Positions 12,940 through 23,093 of a stretch of DNA of 64,000 nt are shown here, in pieces. The position numbers were made by a program, and so were the translations under genes. Numbering within the stretch: position 1 is the first letter of the stretch; each line of letters opens with the position of its first letter. The stretch spans positions 47,630 through 111,629 of IMG/VR virus record IMGVR_UViG_3300033233_000014. One strand, 5' to 3'. The notes beneath the pieces were generated by a model, which saw nothing but the letters and a program-made list of their open reading frames with translations, was not told where the DNA came from and did not search any database. The stretch is from a virus.

Positions 12940-12960
12940 GACTGCAGACAGTCTGCAGTC
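12940..12960. promoter_or_regulatory. 21-bp palindrome (operator candidate)
   Basis: GACTGCAGAC-A-GTCTGCAGTC; recurs at 42229 and imperfectly at 44157. Confidence 0.6.
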
Positions 12961-15592
12961 ACGCCTCGTGGGCGAAGAGGGGGACGTTGCCGGCCAGACG
13001 GCGCCGCGCGATCTGGGCGTACTCGGGGTTCAACTCGGTGCCGATCGCGTTCCGGCCGAAGCAGTTGGCGACGAGCAACGTGGTGCCGCTGCCCGCGAAG
13101 GGATCGAGGACGGTGCAAGGCACCGGCTCATGCGGCCTCCACGTCGCGATCGGCTGTCCTTCCGGCGTGAACCCGCCGGTGTCGATCTCCTGCCCGCACT
13201 TGCACGTCGGTTCCCATCCCGCGTCCTGTCGACGGTAGGTGCCATCGTGCGACTTCGTAGCGATCGACGCCCCATACTTGAGATTGGCTTCCCGAGTGTT
13301 GGGATGCCGGCTCCAGTCCTTGCCGATCGTTCCGCCCGCCGCCACCACGACACGCCGCCACGGCGCCCCGCACTCCGGGCAGCAGCCATGCTCGCTCGAG
13401 CCCGCCTTCACGCACGGAATGACGAGCGCCTTGGGGAACGTGGCGAAATGGGCCTCGGGACAGGGCTCGGTGGCGATCTCCCAGACGGAGCGGATGTTGC
13501 GCCCTTGGAGCATGCGCTCGAGCGCCTCGGGATCGCCCCACATGCGATTCGGATTGGCGATCGCCTCTCGCCCGACCCGCACGGCGCCCTCGTGTCGGTA
13601 CTGCTTCCGCGGCGCGTCGCTCGAATCGCTGCGCTCGACCGGCGCCGTCTCCGTCACGCCCGGGAACATCTCGACTGTCGGGTTCTTGGGCTGCATCTCC
13701 GCCAGCCGAGCCGCCGCTGCCTCTGCGTCGCCCACCGACCGCTTCTGGCCGATGTGCGTCGCACCGCTCGACTTGAGCAGCGGATCCTCCGTCTCCTTGT
13801 GCTTCCCCCCGATCCGGTTCTTCTTCTCGATTACCTTCCGCAAGTCGCTCATGTTGGAGCGCAGCGGCTCCAACACGGCATGCCGATCGAAGAAGTACCG
13901 CTCGCTCTTGGCGAGTAGGAAGAGGAACTCGTGGCTCCGCGTCGGCCGATCCTCCACGCTCTCCGGCATGGGATTCGGCTTGGAGTTGTGCGTCAGCACG
14001 CCGGACGCAAGCGCGAAGACATGCGGCTCGTCTGCGACACCAAGATCCCACACCTCACGGCACCGCGCCTTCCGAATCTCGATGATCTCCCCCATGTCGC
14101 GATCGTTGTGGTGCCCGCTGCGCTCCGTGCGGATCTCGCCCTTGAAAGTCGAGCGGCGGCCGTTCTGGAACCGTGCCCACCCGGGGTTGAGCGTGAGTGT
14201 GTACCCGAGGCGGGCGCACGCAACACGAAGATCGCGCTCGAGGCTATAGTTCCGGCAGAAGCCAAGACGCCATCGCCGGTTCTTCGCGTCCCAATGCCCA
14301 TCGCCCTCAAGGTAGCCCAGGACGAACGCGGCGAGGAACCGATTCGAGTAGCGCCATACGACCGGCGCGAACGCCTTGTCGTGAGCGGTTCGGCCGGACA
14401 CGAGTTCATCAAGGATCGCGAACAACACGCGGCCGTAGACCCGGATGTTCATACAGTTCCCCGACACCGTCCGAGTAGCCGATCCGCCGTACTTTCGCGA
14501 AACACGCTGCACGCGCTCCCATCTCGCTTCTTCTTTCGCGTGGCCGGCAATCTGAATCGTGCTTCCGGCACGCGATCCCTCGGCGAGATAGAGGCCAGCG
14601 AACCATGCAGCGTCCTCGTCGAGCGCGCAGTCCCTTGGGTTCTCCGGTTCGGGCAGGGCAACACGGGAAAGCACGTCTCCGGGCCGCATTTCCGACGCCG
14701 CGAGAAGCCCACGCGCCGTAGGGAAACGGTGTGTCGTGGTGCAGGAGATCCTCTCGCCGCTCCGGAGGACGATTTCAACTTCGTTACCCGAGCGCGGTGA
14801 CATCGACATGCCGAGCAGCCGAGTCCACCGACTCCCGTTCCAGAGCTGCACCGACTCCGGCGCGAGACGGGCGAGATCCCTGACCATCGTGACCGTCTCG
14901 CCTTTCGCGGTTTTCGCGTAGACCCATGTCCCGCCGGAGAGGCACCACACGATGTCGGAACGCAGCCACCAGCCATCCTCCTGCAGCGCGAAGGCCACGC
15001 GCCAGGGCATGCCAATCAAGTCCTTCGTCTTGATCCCACCCCAGTCCCTCCGCCAGCGCGCATGCTTCTCCGGCGCCACCTGTTCCGGCCGCGGCGGCTC
15101 GTCCCCGCGCTCGGCCCGCAGCCCGGTGTACGTCCGCGCCCCGCCGTTCGAACAGAACGAGTCCCCGAGGTTGAGCCAGCAGGTGCCCTCGGGCCGCAGC
15201 ACGCGCCGGACGGCCCGGAAGACCTCGACGAGATGCTGGACGTAAAGAAATGGCGAAGGCTCGAGGCCGAGATTCCCCAGCCATGCCTCGCACTTCCGGC
15301 AGACGGCATCCTCGCGCCAGCGCGCCTTGCGGATGCGCTCGGCGTTCTCCGGCCCCGGCTCGTGGAACGCCTCGCCCGACGATCCCGCCCCGCCCCCACC
15401 CTCGACGTAGTACCGACTCTCCTGCCACTCATGCGCGCAGGCCGGATCGGAACCACCCCACACCTGGGGCTCCGTGTCGTAGCTTCTCAACCCAAAATAT
15501 GGAGGCGACGTCATCACGGTGTGGATCGAGTCGGCCGGCAACGTAGCGAGTTGCACCCGCACGTCGCCCTCAAGGATGCGCCACGTCGACAT
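12959..15592 (-). CDS. beta-class amino (N4-C/N6-A) DNA methyltransferase containing an intein
   Basis: TSPPY catalytic motif, HFATFP, DPFAGSGTT SAM motif. Confidence 0.92.
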   Translation of the reverse strand: MSTWRILEGDVRVQLATLPADSIHTVMTSPPYFGLRSYDTEPQVWGGSDPACAHEWQESRYYVEGGGGAGSSGEAFHEPGPENAERIRKARWREDAVCRKCEAWLGNLGLEPSPFLYVQHLVEVFRAVRRVLRPEGTCWLNLGDSFCSNGGARTYTGLRAERGDEPPRPEQVAPEKHARWRRDWGGIKTKDLIGMPWRVAFALQEDGWWLRSDIVWCLSGGTWVYAKTAKGETVTMVRDLARLAPESVQLWNGSRWTRLLGMSMSPRSGNEVEIVLRSGERISCTTTHRFPTARGLLAASEMRPGDVLSRVALPEPENPRDCALDEDAAWFAGLYLAEGSRAGSTIQIAGHAKEEARWERVQRVSRKYGGSATRTVSGNCMNIRVYGRVLFAILDELVSGRTAHDKAFAPVVWRYSNRFLAAFVLGYLEGDGHWDAKNRRWRLGFCRNYSLERDLRVACARLGYTLTLNPGWARFQNGRRSTFKGEIRTERSGHHNDRDMGEIIEIRKARCREVWDLGVADEPHVFALASGVLTHNSKPNPMPESVEDRPTRSHEFLFLLAKSERYFFDRHAVLEPLRSNMSDLRKVIEKKNRIGGKHKETEDPLLKSSGATHIGQKRSVGDAEAAAARLAEMQPKNPTVEMFPGVTETAPVERSDSSDAPRKQYRHEGAVRVGREAIANPNRMWGDPEALERMLQGRNIRSVWEIATEPCPEAHFATFPKALVIPCVKAGSSEHGCCPECGAPWRRVVVAAGGTIGKDWSRHPNTREANLKYGASIATKSHDGTYRRQDAGWEPTCKCGQEIDTGGFTPEGQPIATWRPHEPVPCTVLDPFAGSGTTLLVANCFGRNAIGTELNPEYAQIARRRLAGNVPLFAHEA
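13985..14944 (-). mobile_element. intein with LAGLIDADG homing endonuclease (320 aa)
   Basis: DIVW|CLSGGT...VWDLGV...LASGVLTHN|SKPNP; AWFAGLYLAEG and FVLGYLEGDG blocks. Confidence 0.92.
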
Positions 15593-15796
15593 CGCCGGCA
15601 GTCTAACTCGACTCGGCCGGCATTGCCGGCGGCGTCGTCTGCTTCGGTGCCTGCCACCGCTCGGGATCGACCGTCGCGCTGATCTCCCGGAACGCCCCGC
15701 AGTCCGGGCACCAGGCCGCCTCGGACGGCAGCAGCCGCTCGTCGGGACGGAGCACGCCGCCCCGGAGCATCACGGCCCGGCGATGGCGGCAGAGGC

Positions 15797-16207
15797 TCAG
15801 ATCGGCTCCCACCGGCGCGAGGCGAAGTCGTACTCGTAGCGTCGGGCCACCCACAGGGCCTTCGCCCATCGGCCGAGGAGCCGCTGCCACCACGGCATCC
15901 CTTCACGGAAGATCTTGACAGCCACGGCGTGGCCCCGCTCCGCCTGCTCGAGCGTCGGCCAACGCTTGCACCACCGTTCGCGGCCATCGGGGCCGAACAC
16001 CATCGTCTCGAAGAGGAGTGGCGGGCCACCGAAGAAGTTGTGATCCATCCCGAGGAACACCGTCGAGATGGTCACCCGCCAGAGGTGATCGAAGGCGATC
16101 CGGCGCCGCTCGCCGGCGTACTCGAACCACCGCGCCCACTCGAGCGTGTCCTTGACAGGCTGCGGGCGCCCCAGCGCGTCGAGGACGTAGAGATCGTCAC
16201 GCTCCAT
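15797..16207 (-). CDS. conserved phage hypothetical protein
   Basis: STVFLGMDH...PLLFETMVFG motif. Confidence 0.72.
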   Translation of the reverse strand: MERDDLYVLDALGRPQPVKDTLEWARWFEYAGERRRIAFDHLWRVTISTVFLGMDHNFFGGPPLLFETMVFGPDGRERWCKRWPTLEQAERGHAVAVKIFREGMPWWQRLLGRWAKALWVARRYEYDFASRRWEPI

Positions 16208-16517
16208 CGCGCTTCGCCTTCCGTCCCGCCGCCACGCCCGCCAAGAACGCCTCGCGCGGCGTCGGGTTGTTCCCGCGGCCGAAGCCCGCCCCGAAGACGG
16301 GATGGTTGCAGCCATCGAAGAGCGCAGCGAGGCGATCCCGCTCGGCCGCGCTGCAGTAGCCGAGGCCGTAGCCGATGTTCGCCTTCGCGTGCGGCGTGAT
16401 CTCCTCGTAGGCCATGAGGAACGCCCGCGCCTCTTCAGGAGTGCGGACATCTTGGATGGCCTGCATGGTCTCTCCCATCGTCTTGAGGATCCTCCCCTTC
16501 CAGATGAAGTCGCTCAT
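16197..16517 (-). CDS. hypothetical protein
   Basis: coupled ORF MSDFIWKG...ANIGY...HPVFG. Confidence 0.65.
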   Translation of the reverse strand: MSDFIWKGRILKTMGETMQAIQDVRTPEEARAFLMAYEEITPHAKANIGYGLGYCSAAERDRLAALFDGCNHPVFGAGFGRGNNPTPREAFLAGVAAGRKAKRDGA

Positions 16518-16780
16518 CGTCGTTCCTCTCCAATCGCCTGGAGGATTCCCTCCGCGATGGCCCTGAAGACCTGTCGGATGACCGTCGGCGTGTCCAACGT
16601 CGGCCCCACCGGCTCCGCCTTCACCCGCGGCCCGGTGCCCTTGCCCTTCCGGCCCGCGCTCAGCCTGGCCTTCCAGCACTCCCGGCAGACGCGCATGAGG
16701 CCCCACTTGTTCCGTGAGAAGTCCCCTGCCACCAGCGAGCGCTGGCAGCGCTTACAGCGGAACTTCTTGATGCGCCCCAC
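16514..16780 (-). CDS. small zinc-finger protein
   Basis: CKRC...CREC. Confidence 0.62.
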   Translation of the reverse strand: MGRIKKFRCKRCQRSLVAGDFSRNKWGLMRVCRECWKARLSAGRKGKGTGPRVKAEPVGPTLDTPTVIRQVFRAIAEGILQAIGEERR

Positions 16781-17679
16781 TACGCGCTCTCCCTCCGGAG
16801 CATCTTCCGCAGATCCTTCTGGTCATTCGGGTAGTTGTCGAGGTAGGGGAACGGCTCCGCCGGGTGCTCCTCCGTCCCCTGCCGACGCCAGGAGAGCCGC
16901 CGGGCCTCGACGCCCGCCTCGACGTAGAGCCACGTTCGGAAGAAGAGGAAGGCGACGTGGTCCATCGACCGCCGCTCGCCGCTCGTCCGGTAGGCGATGA
17001 GCTTCTCCCGCAGCGCGAGCGCCGGATCCCCGACGGACAGATCGGCGCCCGACGAGAGCCGGGCGAAGAGGCTGTCCGCGAGTTCGCGGTTCCGCTGCAC
17101 GAAGATGTAGTGGCAGAAGGACGCGAGGCTGATCGACGGCACGAGCCCCTTGAGGCTCTCCCCCATCGTGATGCTGTCGACGAGCCCCGGATTCTTACCG
17201 AGCAACTCGAGCAGGGTGCGCGCCGACGTCTTCGGGTTTCCCATGAAGAGTTGCTGGTTCCGGTACCTGTGGAACCACCGGATCGCCGCCTGCGCCGCCT
17301 TCGGATTCGAGATCGGCTGGCCGGTAGGCGACTTGATCTCGATTGCGTCGGCGACGCTCCGCGACAGCCGGTCCAGGTCGATGACCGGCAGCGCCTGATC
17401 GCGATTGGCGCCCTCGATCACGACCATCTGGATGGTCTTCTTGCACTCGATGACCGCCCACAGCCGGTGCTGGCCGTCGATCAGGAAGCCGTCCTCGTCG
17501 AGGATGATGGCGCACGCGGCCGTCACCCACTTCCCCTCGGCCATGCTCTTGGCGAGGAGGTGGACGTGCGCGTCCGACGTGTGTCGGTTCAGCACCTCCG
17601 GCTTCGCCTCGTTGAGCTTCTTCTCCGCCCAATGCGGACTGACTTCCTGAATCCACATCTTCAACCCGCTCTTGCCCAC
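16780..17679 (-). CDS. ParB/sulfiredoxin-like DGQHR-domain protein
   Basis: IILDEDGFLIDGQHRLWAV. Confidence 0.8.
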   Translation of the reverse strand: MGKSGLKMWIQEVSPHWAEKKLNEAKPEVLNRHTSDAHVHLLAKSMAEGKWVTAACAIILDEDGFLIDGQHRLWAVIECKKTIQMVVIEGANRDQALPVIDLDRLSRSVADAIEIKSPTGQPISNPKAAQAAIRWFHRYRNQQLFMGNPKTSARTLLELLGKNPGLVDSITMGESLKGLVPSISLASFCHYIFVQRNRELADSLFARLSSGADLSVGDPALALREKLIAYRTSGERRSMDHVAFLFFRTWLYVEAGVEARRLSWRRQGTEEHPAEPFPYLDNYPNDQKDLRKMLRRESA

Positions 17680-17680
17680 G

Positions 17681-18394
17681 CTAGCCCTCCTTCTTGGGCG
17701 GCAACAGGGCCGCCCCTTCTGCCGACAGTTCCCACACCTTGATCGTCATGCGCCCGCCCTTATCCAAAGCGCGAGCCGTCTCGATCTCCTGAACCAGCCC
17801 GGCCTTGCTCAAGTCCGTCACGAACGTGTCGATGGTGGTCAGCCGGTGATACGCCCCGCGCCGCTTCGTCTCCTCCACCAGTTCGTTCGTGCTCATGCGG
17901 CCCCCGCGCAGCGCGTCGAGCATGGCGCGATGCCAGACCGTCAACTTGAGCGGCCTTCCGCCCCGCCCCGTTCGATCCTTCTCCAAAGGCTTCCTGGCGG
18001 GCTTCTCCGCCGACGTCTTCTCCAGCACCGCCTTGATCGCCGCCTCGGCCTTGCGCTGCACCGTGAGCGCCCGCGCGATGGCCTCGTCCGCTCGGCGATG
18101 GATCTCGAGGATCGCCTGCGCGCAGGCTTCCATCCGCTCGCCGCCGAACGTGCCCGCGTGCTTGCCCGTGCGCGCGATCTCGAGGAGTTGCTCGGCTGCG
18201 ACATCCGCCCCGACGTTGATCGCGTCGTCCTCCGTCTTCATCTCGTGCGCCACGAGCCGCATGCGGAGTGCCTCGATGAGCCGCCAGCGCGCCTCGGCGT
18301 CGGCGTACTTCTGGGCCACCTCCGACGCGTGGTCGAAGATCAGCCGGTCGATGTCCTGCTCGATTTCCGACTTCGGGGATGCTTCGTCGGTCAC
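17681..18394 (-). CDS. hypothetical protein with C-terminal winged-HTH-like region
   Basis: MLDALRGGRMSTNEL...VTDLSKAGLV...WELS. Confidence 0.6.
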   Translation of the reverse strand: MTDEASPKSEIEQDIDRLIFDHASEVAQKYADAEARWRLIEALRMRLVAHEMKTEDDAINVGADVAAEQLLEIARTGKHAGTFGGERMEACAQAILEIHRRADEAIARALTVQRKAEAAIKAVLEKTSAEKPARKPLEKDRTGRGGRPLKLTVWHRAMLDALRGGRMSTNELVEETKRRGAYHRLTTIDTFVTDLSKAGLVQEIETARALDKGGRMTIKVWELSAEGAALLPPKKEG

Positions 18395-18996
18395 TTGCCT
18401 GCCTCCCCGACCGCCATCGCCGGCTCCCGCCACGGCAGCGTTCGGCTCTTGAGCAGCGGCCAGCCACCCTCGGGATCCTCGATCACCGGGCAGTACCGCC
18501 TGTTGCGCGCGAGGTGCGCCCACCGCGCCCCGTGCGGCACCGTGTAGCCCCAATAGGCGCGCTCCTGCAGGTTGCGCTCGACGCGCGCCAGCATCCGCTT
18601 CGCGCTGCGCGCATTGCCTTCCTCGATCGGGCGCAGCGTGACGTCGATGGGCTTGCCGTGGAGCGACGCCCAGGCGTGGTCAATCGGGATGAACGCCAGG
18701 CACTTGCCCTCGGCGTACTCGATCGGCAGCCCGCGCCCCTGCGCCACGTCGACCAGCCGGGTCGCGTTGAAGAAGCACTGCTTCACCTTGGGCATGAAGG
18801 GCAGCCGCCAGAACAGGGCGCACAGGATCTCCCGCTCTTCGTCCGTGAACGGATCAGCGGGGCACGGCGCACCGTGATGGAAGATCGCCTCGTCGTGGGT
18901 CGGAAAGATGAAGCCCTCGGGCCGGTGCAGGCGCTGGCCGAGCGTGACCATGCCCTCGAAGTACTGCCGCAGGAAGGCGAACCCGTCGGTGCTCAC
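18391..18996 (-). CDS. transglutaminase/papain-like fold protein (putative Cys-His-Asp triad)
   Basis: QCFFNA...YAEG...HAW...IDVT. Confidence 0.6.
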   Translation of the reverse strand: MSTDGFAFLRQYFEGMVTLGQRLHRPEGFIFPTHDEAIFHHGAPCPADPFTDEEREILCALFWRLPFMPKVKQCFFNATRLVDVAQGRGLPIEYAEGKCLAFIPIDHAWASLHGKPIDVTLRPIEEGNARSAKRMLARVERNLQERAYWGYTVPHGARWAHLARNRRYCPVIEDPEGGWPLLKSRTLPWREPAMAVGEAGK

Positions 18997-19406
18997 TTGC
19001 TCTCTCCGATGCACTTCCGGCAGGGGATCACTTCCATGTTGAAGACCTCGAAGCCCGTGTCCTGGCAGCGCTCGCACTTCGGCCGCTCGGCCTCCTTCTT
19101 CGCGCCCGGCTTCAGCGCCCCCGAGAGCCGCTGCGCCCGCTCCCGTTCGCTCCGGAGTTCCGTCTCGAGTTCCCCCACGCGCTGCCGAAGCCCGTGGATC
19201 TCCTCCTGCAGCGCGCTGCGAACGGTGCCCGTGGCCTCGTCGTGCTGCTGCGCCGCGCTGGTGAGGGCGCCCTCGATCATCTCGACCAGTTCCGCCGCCG
19301 TCGCACCGGAGACGGCGTCGGCCACCGTCTTCGGACGGTTGCGTCGCCACCGCGCGAGGATCTCGCGCGCCGTGCGCTGGTGCGGGGGAATCGGGGTCTC
19401 GTTCAC
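18993..19406 (-). CDS. coiled-coil plus zinc-finger hypothetical protein
   Basis: follows a promoter; CERC...CRKC. Confidence 0.65.
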   Translation of the reverse strand: MNETPIPPHQRTAREILARWRRNRPKTVADAVSGATAAELVEMIEGALTSAAQQHDEATGTVRSALQEEIHGLRQRVGELETELRSERERAQRLSGALKPGAKKEAERPKCERCQDTGFEVFNMEVIPCRKCIGESK

Positions 19407-19435
19407 CGGCCTCTACCTTCCTTCAGTCGCGCCGG

Positions 19436-19463
19436 AGTATACCGTAATGCTTATCTTTGTCAA
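19436..19463 (-). promoter_or_regulatory. sigma70-type promoter
   Basis: TTGACA-16-TATACT. Confidence 0.75.
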
Positions 19464-19771
19464 GTCTCAAATCGTCGGCACGAGATCGATCTCGACCTCG
19501 CGGCCGTCGATCTGAACGACCACCACCGTGCGTGCCACGTCGCCATCCCACCGCACGCGGAGCAGCCCGCGCACCCGGAGGGCCACGCCCTTCTGCACCG
19601 GCAAGTCCATCACCACCGCGTAACGCAGCGGCGGCACCCGCTGATCCTCCGGCTGCCGCCCCGGGATGTGCCGCCCGGACGGCGCCTCGGCGACGAGCGT
19701 GCCGTCCCGGCGCCGGCTCACCGAGAGCCGGAGCTGGATTGGCCCTCCGCGCTGACGCCCGTCGACCACCG

Positions 19772-20026
19772 CTATGCCTCCGCCGGAGTCATCCCCGGCT
19801 GTTCCATCTCCCGCACTTGCCGCTCGATTTCCTCGATCTGCTGCCGCGTCCCGTTCACCGCCGCCACGCCCGTGTTCACCGCCTGCTCGGCCGCCTCGGG
19901 CGTGGCGTACCCGCCGATGGCCCGCAGGCGCAGCACCGTGGCGAGGCACTCCCGATGCGCCGGGAGGTACTCGGCCACGCGCCGGGCCTGTTGCCGCAGT
20001 TCGATGATGAGTTCGTTCTGTGTCAT
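19772..20026 (-). CDS. hypothetical protein
   Basis: MTQNELIIEL...; GAGG SD. Confidence 0.6.
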   Translation of the reverse strand: MTQNELIIELRQQARRVAEYLPAHRECLATVLRLRAIGGYATPEAAEQAVNTGVAAVNGTRQQIEEIERQVREMEQPGMTPAEA

Positions 20027-20412
20027 GGTTGCCTCTGGTAAACCGCCACGTCCCGTCGTGGTTCGCTTTCTCTGCACCAACCCCATACTCTCCGCCCTCG
20101 CGGGCTTGTCGGCGTGGTTGGATTTGCGGCTCCTGCCGCTCTGACGCCGCGTTCTTCGGCCTTGCGGCCTACGGTATGTGCTGATCGGTCCCCGAGTCGA
20201 ACGGGTGTCCCCCATGCGGTGTTCCACGCGCCGCGTGCCTTCGGGTTGTCATCCCTCCGGCCCGCTGCGGGCGTTCGCCCGGCGTGACTGCGCCGGTGCC
20301 CGGCGGCTCCTGGCGGAACCGTTCTCCCCGGGCGTCCTCATGGTCGGGCTCAGCGGTGACGAACCGCCTGCCCCAGGGCGGGGTGCCAGCCCCCGACCGA
20401 CCCTGGTGGCCG

Positions 20413-20631
20413 CTACTCCTCGTTCGAGTCGAAGCAGCCGTAGTCCTCATCGGTGCCGAAGCCCGCGCTGGCGAGCGCCGAGGCCGCATCCCCGTCGAGG
20501 CTGTCGTCCATCTCGACCTCGACCTCGGCCGCCTCACGCGGATCGACATCCGCCTCGGCCAGCCGCTCGGCGTCCTCCAGCCAGGCCTGCCGCCGCACGT
20601 TCATCTCGCTCGGGCTCTTCGGGTCGTTCAT
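20413..20631 (-). CDS. small acidic phage protein
   Basis: DGDAASALASAGFGTDEDYG C-terminal motif; first gene after a promoter. Confidence 0.72.
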   Translation of the reverse strand: MNDPKSPSEMNVRRQAWLEDAERLAEADVDPREAAEVEVEMDDSLDGDAASALASAGFGTDEDYGCFDSNEE

Positions 20632-20669
20632 CGCCGTCCTCCTGCTTTCCGGTCTTCTTGACCTACCAA

Positions 20670-20698
20670 ATGATACCCGATGCACGTATCTTTGTCAA
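20670..20698 (-). promoter_or_regulatory. sigma70-type phage promoter
   Basis: TTGACA-17-TATCAT with ATCGGG. Confidence 0.82.
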
Positions 20699-20747
20699 GA
20701 GTGATTCCGCGGAAATCCTCGGATTCTCGAAACCCGGTTTCTGCGCG

Positions 20748-21110
20748 CTAGACGCGCTTCCTGGGCGGAATCGGGAACTTGGCGTTGACGTCCTTCTCGA
20801 CGTAGTCGCCCATCCGGTTCCGCACGAACTCGCGGGCGCCGTACCGCTCGGCCACCCAGGCGGTGACCTGAACCAGCACCAGCGGCTTGTTCTTCGGCAC
20901 CGGGTAGGTGACCGGGAACCACTTCATGAAGTTGTGGTGGTAGTGCGCGTCGGGATCGGTCTTGTATTCCACGCCGTCCTTGAAGCGCCCGACGAGGAAG
21001 CCCGCGCCGTGTCCGCCCCGCCCGCGATCCACACCGCGGTAGTAGATCGCGATGCGCTCGCCGCTTGCGGCCTTGCATTGATCGTAGGTGTTGATGATGT
21101 CCCGAGGCAC
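20748..21110 (-). CDS. hypothetical protein
   Basis: ORF with normal composition and SD. Confidence 0.65.
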   Translation of the reverse strand: MPRDIINTYDQCKAASGERIAIYYRGVDRGRGGHGAGFLVGRFKDGVEYKTDPDAHYHHNFMKWFPVTYPVPKNKPLVLVQVTAWVAERYGAREFVRNRMGDYVEKDVNAKFPIPPRKRV

Positions 21111-21112
21111 GA

Positions 21113-21373
21113 CTACGTCCTCCCCTCAATCCGGGCGAGCACGGCGCGAGCCTCGGCGATCGCCATGTCAGCCGAGTTGCAGTTCGTGGCGTCCGCCATC
21201 GCGTCGGTAGTGGACACCAGCCCCCGCAGCGCCGCGAGCAACTCCGGCGCCGCCGCGAACAGCCGTCCCGTCTCCGGCGCGAACCGCTCCTTGAAGGCGA
21301 GCGGGGGCGCACCCTCCATGTGCTGCACGATCTGCAGCGTGATCTCGTCGTAGGTGTAGGTGATCTCGGGCAT
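21113..21373 (-). CDS. phage hypothetical protein
   Basis: RLFAAAPELLAAL...ARAVLA motif. Confidence 0.68.
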   Translation of the reverse strand: MPEITYTYDEITLQIVQHMEGAPPLAFKERFAPETGRLFAAAPELLAALRGLVSTTDAMADATNCNSADMAIAEARAVLARIEGRT

Positions 21374-21375
21374 GG

Positions 21376-22563
21376 CTACTTCCCCTCCTCGAACACGCAC
21401 TCCCGAGCCCGCTTGTCGTCGCGCACGTCGTCGAGCATCGCCGGGTGCCGCAGGCTCCCGCCCGCCATCCGCCCGAAGTGGGCGATCTTCATCACCTTGC
21501 CCTTGTAGGTGGCGAAGTCCTGCGCGAACCGGCGGCTCCACTCGGCCGTCATCGCGCCGACCTGCACCAGCGGCTTCAGCACCCCGCCGACGTACTGCCC
21601 GCAGAGCACCGACTTCGCCATCGGCTCGGCGACCTTGTTCACGGCCCGGGAGATCGTGACCTCGAGGATCACCATGTCCTCCTCGAACCACTTCTTCGCC
21701 TTCATCCAATGGCCCGGCTTCGCACCGCCGCCGCCGTAGGCCCCGCCGTCCCGCCGCTTGAGCACCAGCCCCTCGTGCTCCGCCTTGAACCGGCGGACGA
21801 ACCCGTCCTCCCACCGCGGCACGAGGCGGAAGCGCGCCTGCGTCTTCGTGTCGAGCCCCGCGTGCCACCGCTCGAGTCGCGCCCGCCGCTCCGCATCGGC
21901 GAGGTGCGCGATGGGCTCGTGGTCGACTACCAGGAGGTCGAACACGTCGACCCACCCGTGCCCGAGTGCCGCCCGGCGCGCGATGGCGTGCTGCGTGCCG
22001 ATGCCCAGTTCCCCGACGATCAGGCAGCCCGCTGGCATCGGCCACGCCGCCAGTTCGTACTCCTTCTCCATCTGCGAGCGCGACCAGAAGCGGTTCTGCG
22101 GGCCGGTGAACACGGCGACCCACCAGCCGTCGAGTTTCGGCTCGGCGACGTGCTCGCCCTTCGCGTCGATCTCCGCGAGCGCCTCGAGGGCGCGCCCCGG
22201 CTCCTCGGCCGCCGCCTTGCCCCCGCAGCCCTGGTACCAGGCCTGCGCCTGGAAGGTGTCGGCCTGGAACCGCGTGGCCGCCACCCGGGCCGTCCCGAGG
22301 GCCGGCTTCCCGCCCGCCGGTTCGGGCTCGGGCGCCGGAGCCGGGGACGCCTTCGGCCGCTTGTTCGCGCCGTTCGTGGACGCAACCGGCGCCGGGGCCC
22401 CGTTGGCCCCGCGCCACTCCTTCAGGTGCTTGCACGTCTTCGGCGTCTCGTGGCTGTTCCGCCAGCCGGGGCAGGTGCAGTAGACCACCCCGTCGCCGCC
22501 CTGCACGATGTTGTAGGTCACGTCCGGATTCGACTTCGACCGCATTGTCGCGAGCACCGTCAT
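21376..22563 (-). CDS. ATP-dependent DNA ligase with N-terminal SWIM zinc finger
   Basis: CTCPGW...CKH; EPKLDG, VFDLL, EGLVLK, WMKAK, LRHP. Confidence 0.85.
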   Translation of the reverse strand: MTVLATMRSKSNPDVTYNIVQGGDGVVYCTCPGWRNSHETPKTCKHLKEWRGANGAPAPVASTNGANKRPKASPAPAPEPEPAGGKPALGTARVAATRFQADTFQAQAWYQGCGGKAAAEEPGRALEALAEIDAKGEHVAEPKLDGWWVAVFTGPQNRFWSRSQMEKEYELAAWPMPAGCLIVGELGIGTQHAIARRAALGHGWVDVFDLLVVDHEPIAHLADAERRARLERWHAGLDTKTQARFRLVPRWEDGFVRRFKAEHEGLVLKRRDGGAYGGGGAKPGHWMKAKKWFEEDMVILEVTISRAVNKVAEPMAKSVLCGQYVGGVLKPLVQVGAMTAEWSRRFAQDFATYKGKVMKIAHFGRMAGGSLRHPAMLDDVRDDKRARECVFEEGK

Positions 22564-23093
22564 GCCACACCGACCTTTCCTGGTCCGTAGGACCACTCGA
22601 CGCCGCAGTCAAGGCAATAGTCGCCCCACCCGGGCTCGGCCGGATCGCCGCACTCGCGGCACGTCTCGATCAGCAGCGCCTCGACCTTGGCCTGTTTGTT
22701 CTTCTTGGCCTTCCGCTTCTCCCGCTTCTCCCACCGCTTCGCCGTCCGTGCCTGCTTCGCCTCGGCCGCGAGCCAGGCCTGGATCTCGGCATCGAGCGCC
22801 TGCAGATCGGCCTTCGTCGGCCCGCGCACCTTCCGCTCCCGCGCCGGCATCAGCGTCTTCTGATCCGACGGGCTGAGTTTGAGGCACCGGAAGCACATGA
22901 CCCGATTCTTGTCGACGATCAGGCGACACCGCTCGCAGCACGCCTTCTCGCACTCCCGGCAGCGCCGGAGCGTCTGGAACTCGAGGCTCGTCTTGCAAAG
23001 CCGGCAGCGATCCGGGCACTCCATTGCGCAGATCTCGGCCGCGTTCTGCTGCGCTTGGTAGAGCCGCGACGGCTGCTTGAGGCCGAAGGACAT
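22560..23093 (-). CDS. Cys-rich zinc-binding hypothetical protein
   Basis: multiple CxxC pairs. Confidence 0.62.
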   Translation of the reverse strand: MSFGLKQPSRLYQAQQNAAEICAMECPDRCRLCKTSLEFQTLRRCRECEKACCERCRLIVDKNRVMCFRCLKLSPSDQKTLMPARERKVRGPTKADLQALDAEIQAWLAAEAKQARTAKRWEKREKRKAKKNKQAKVEALLIETCRECGDPAEPGWGDYCLDCGVEWSYGPGKVGVA

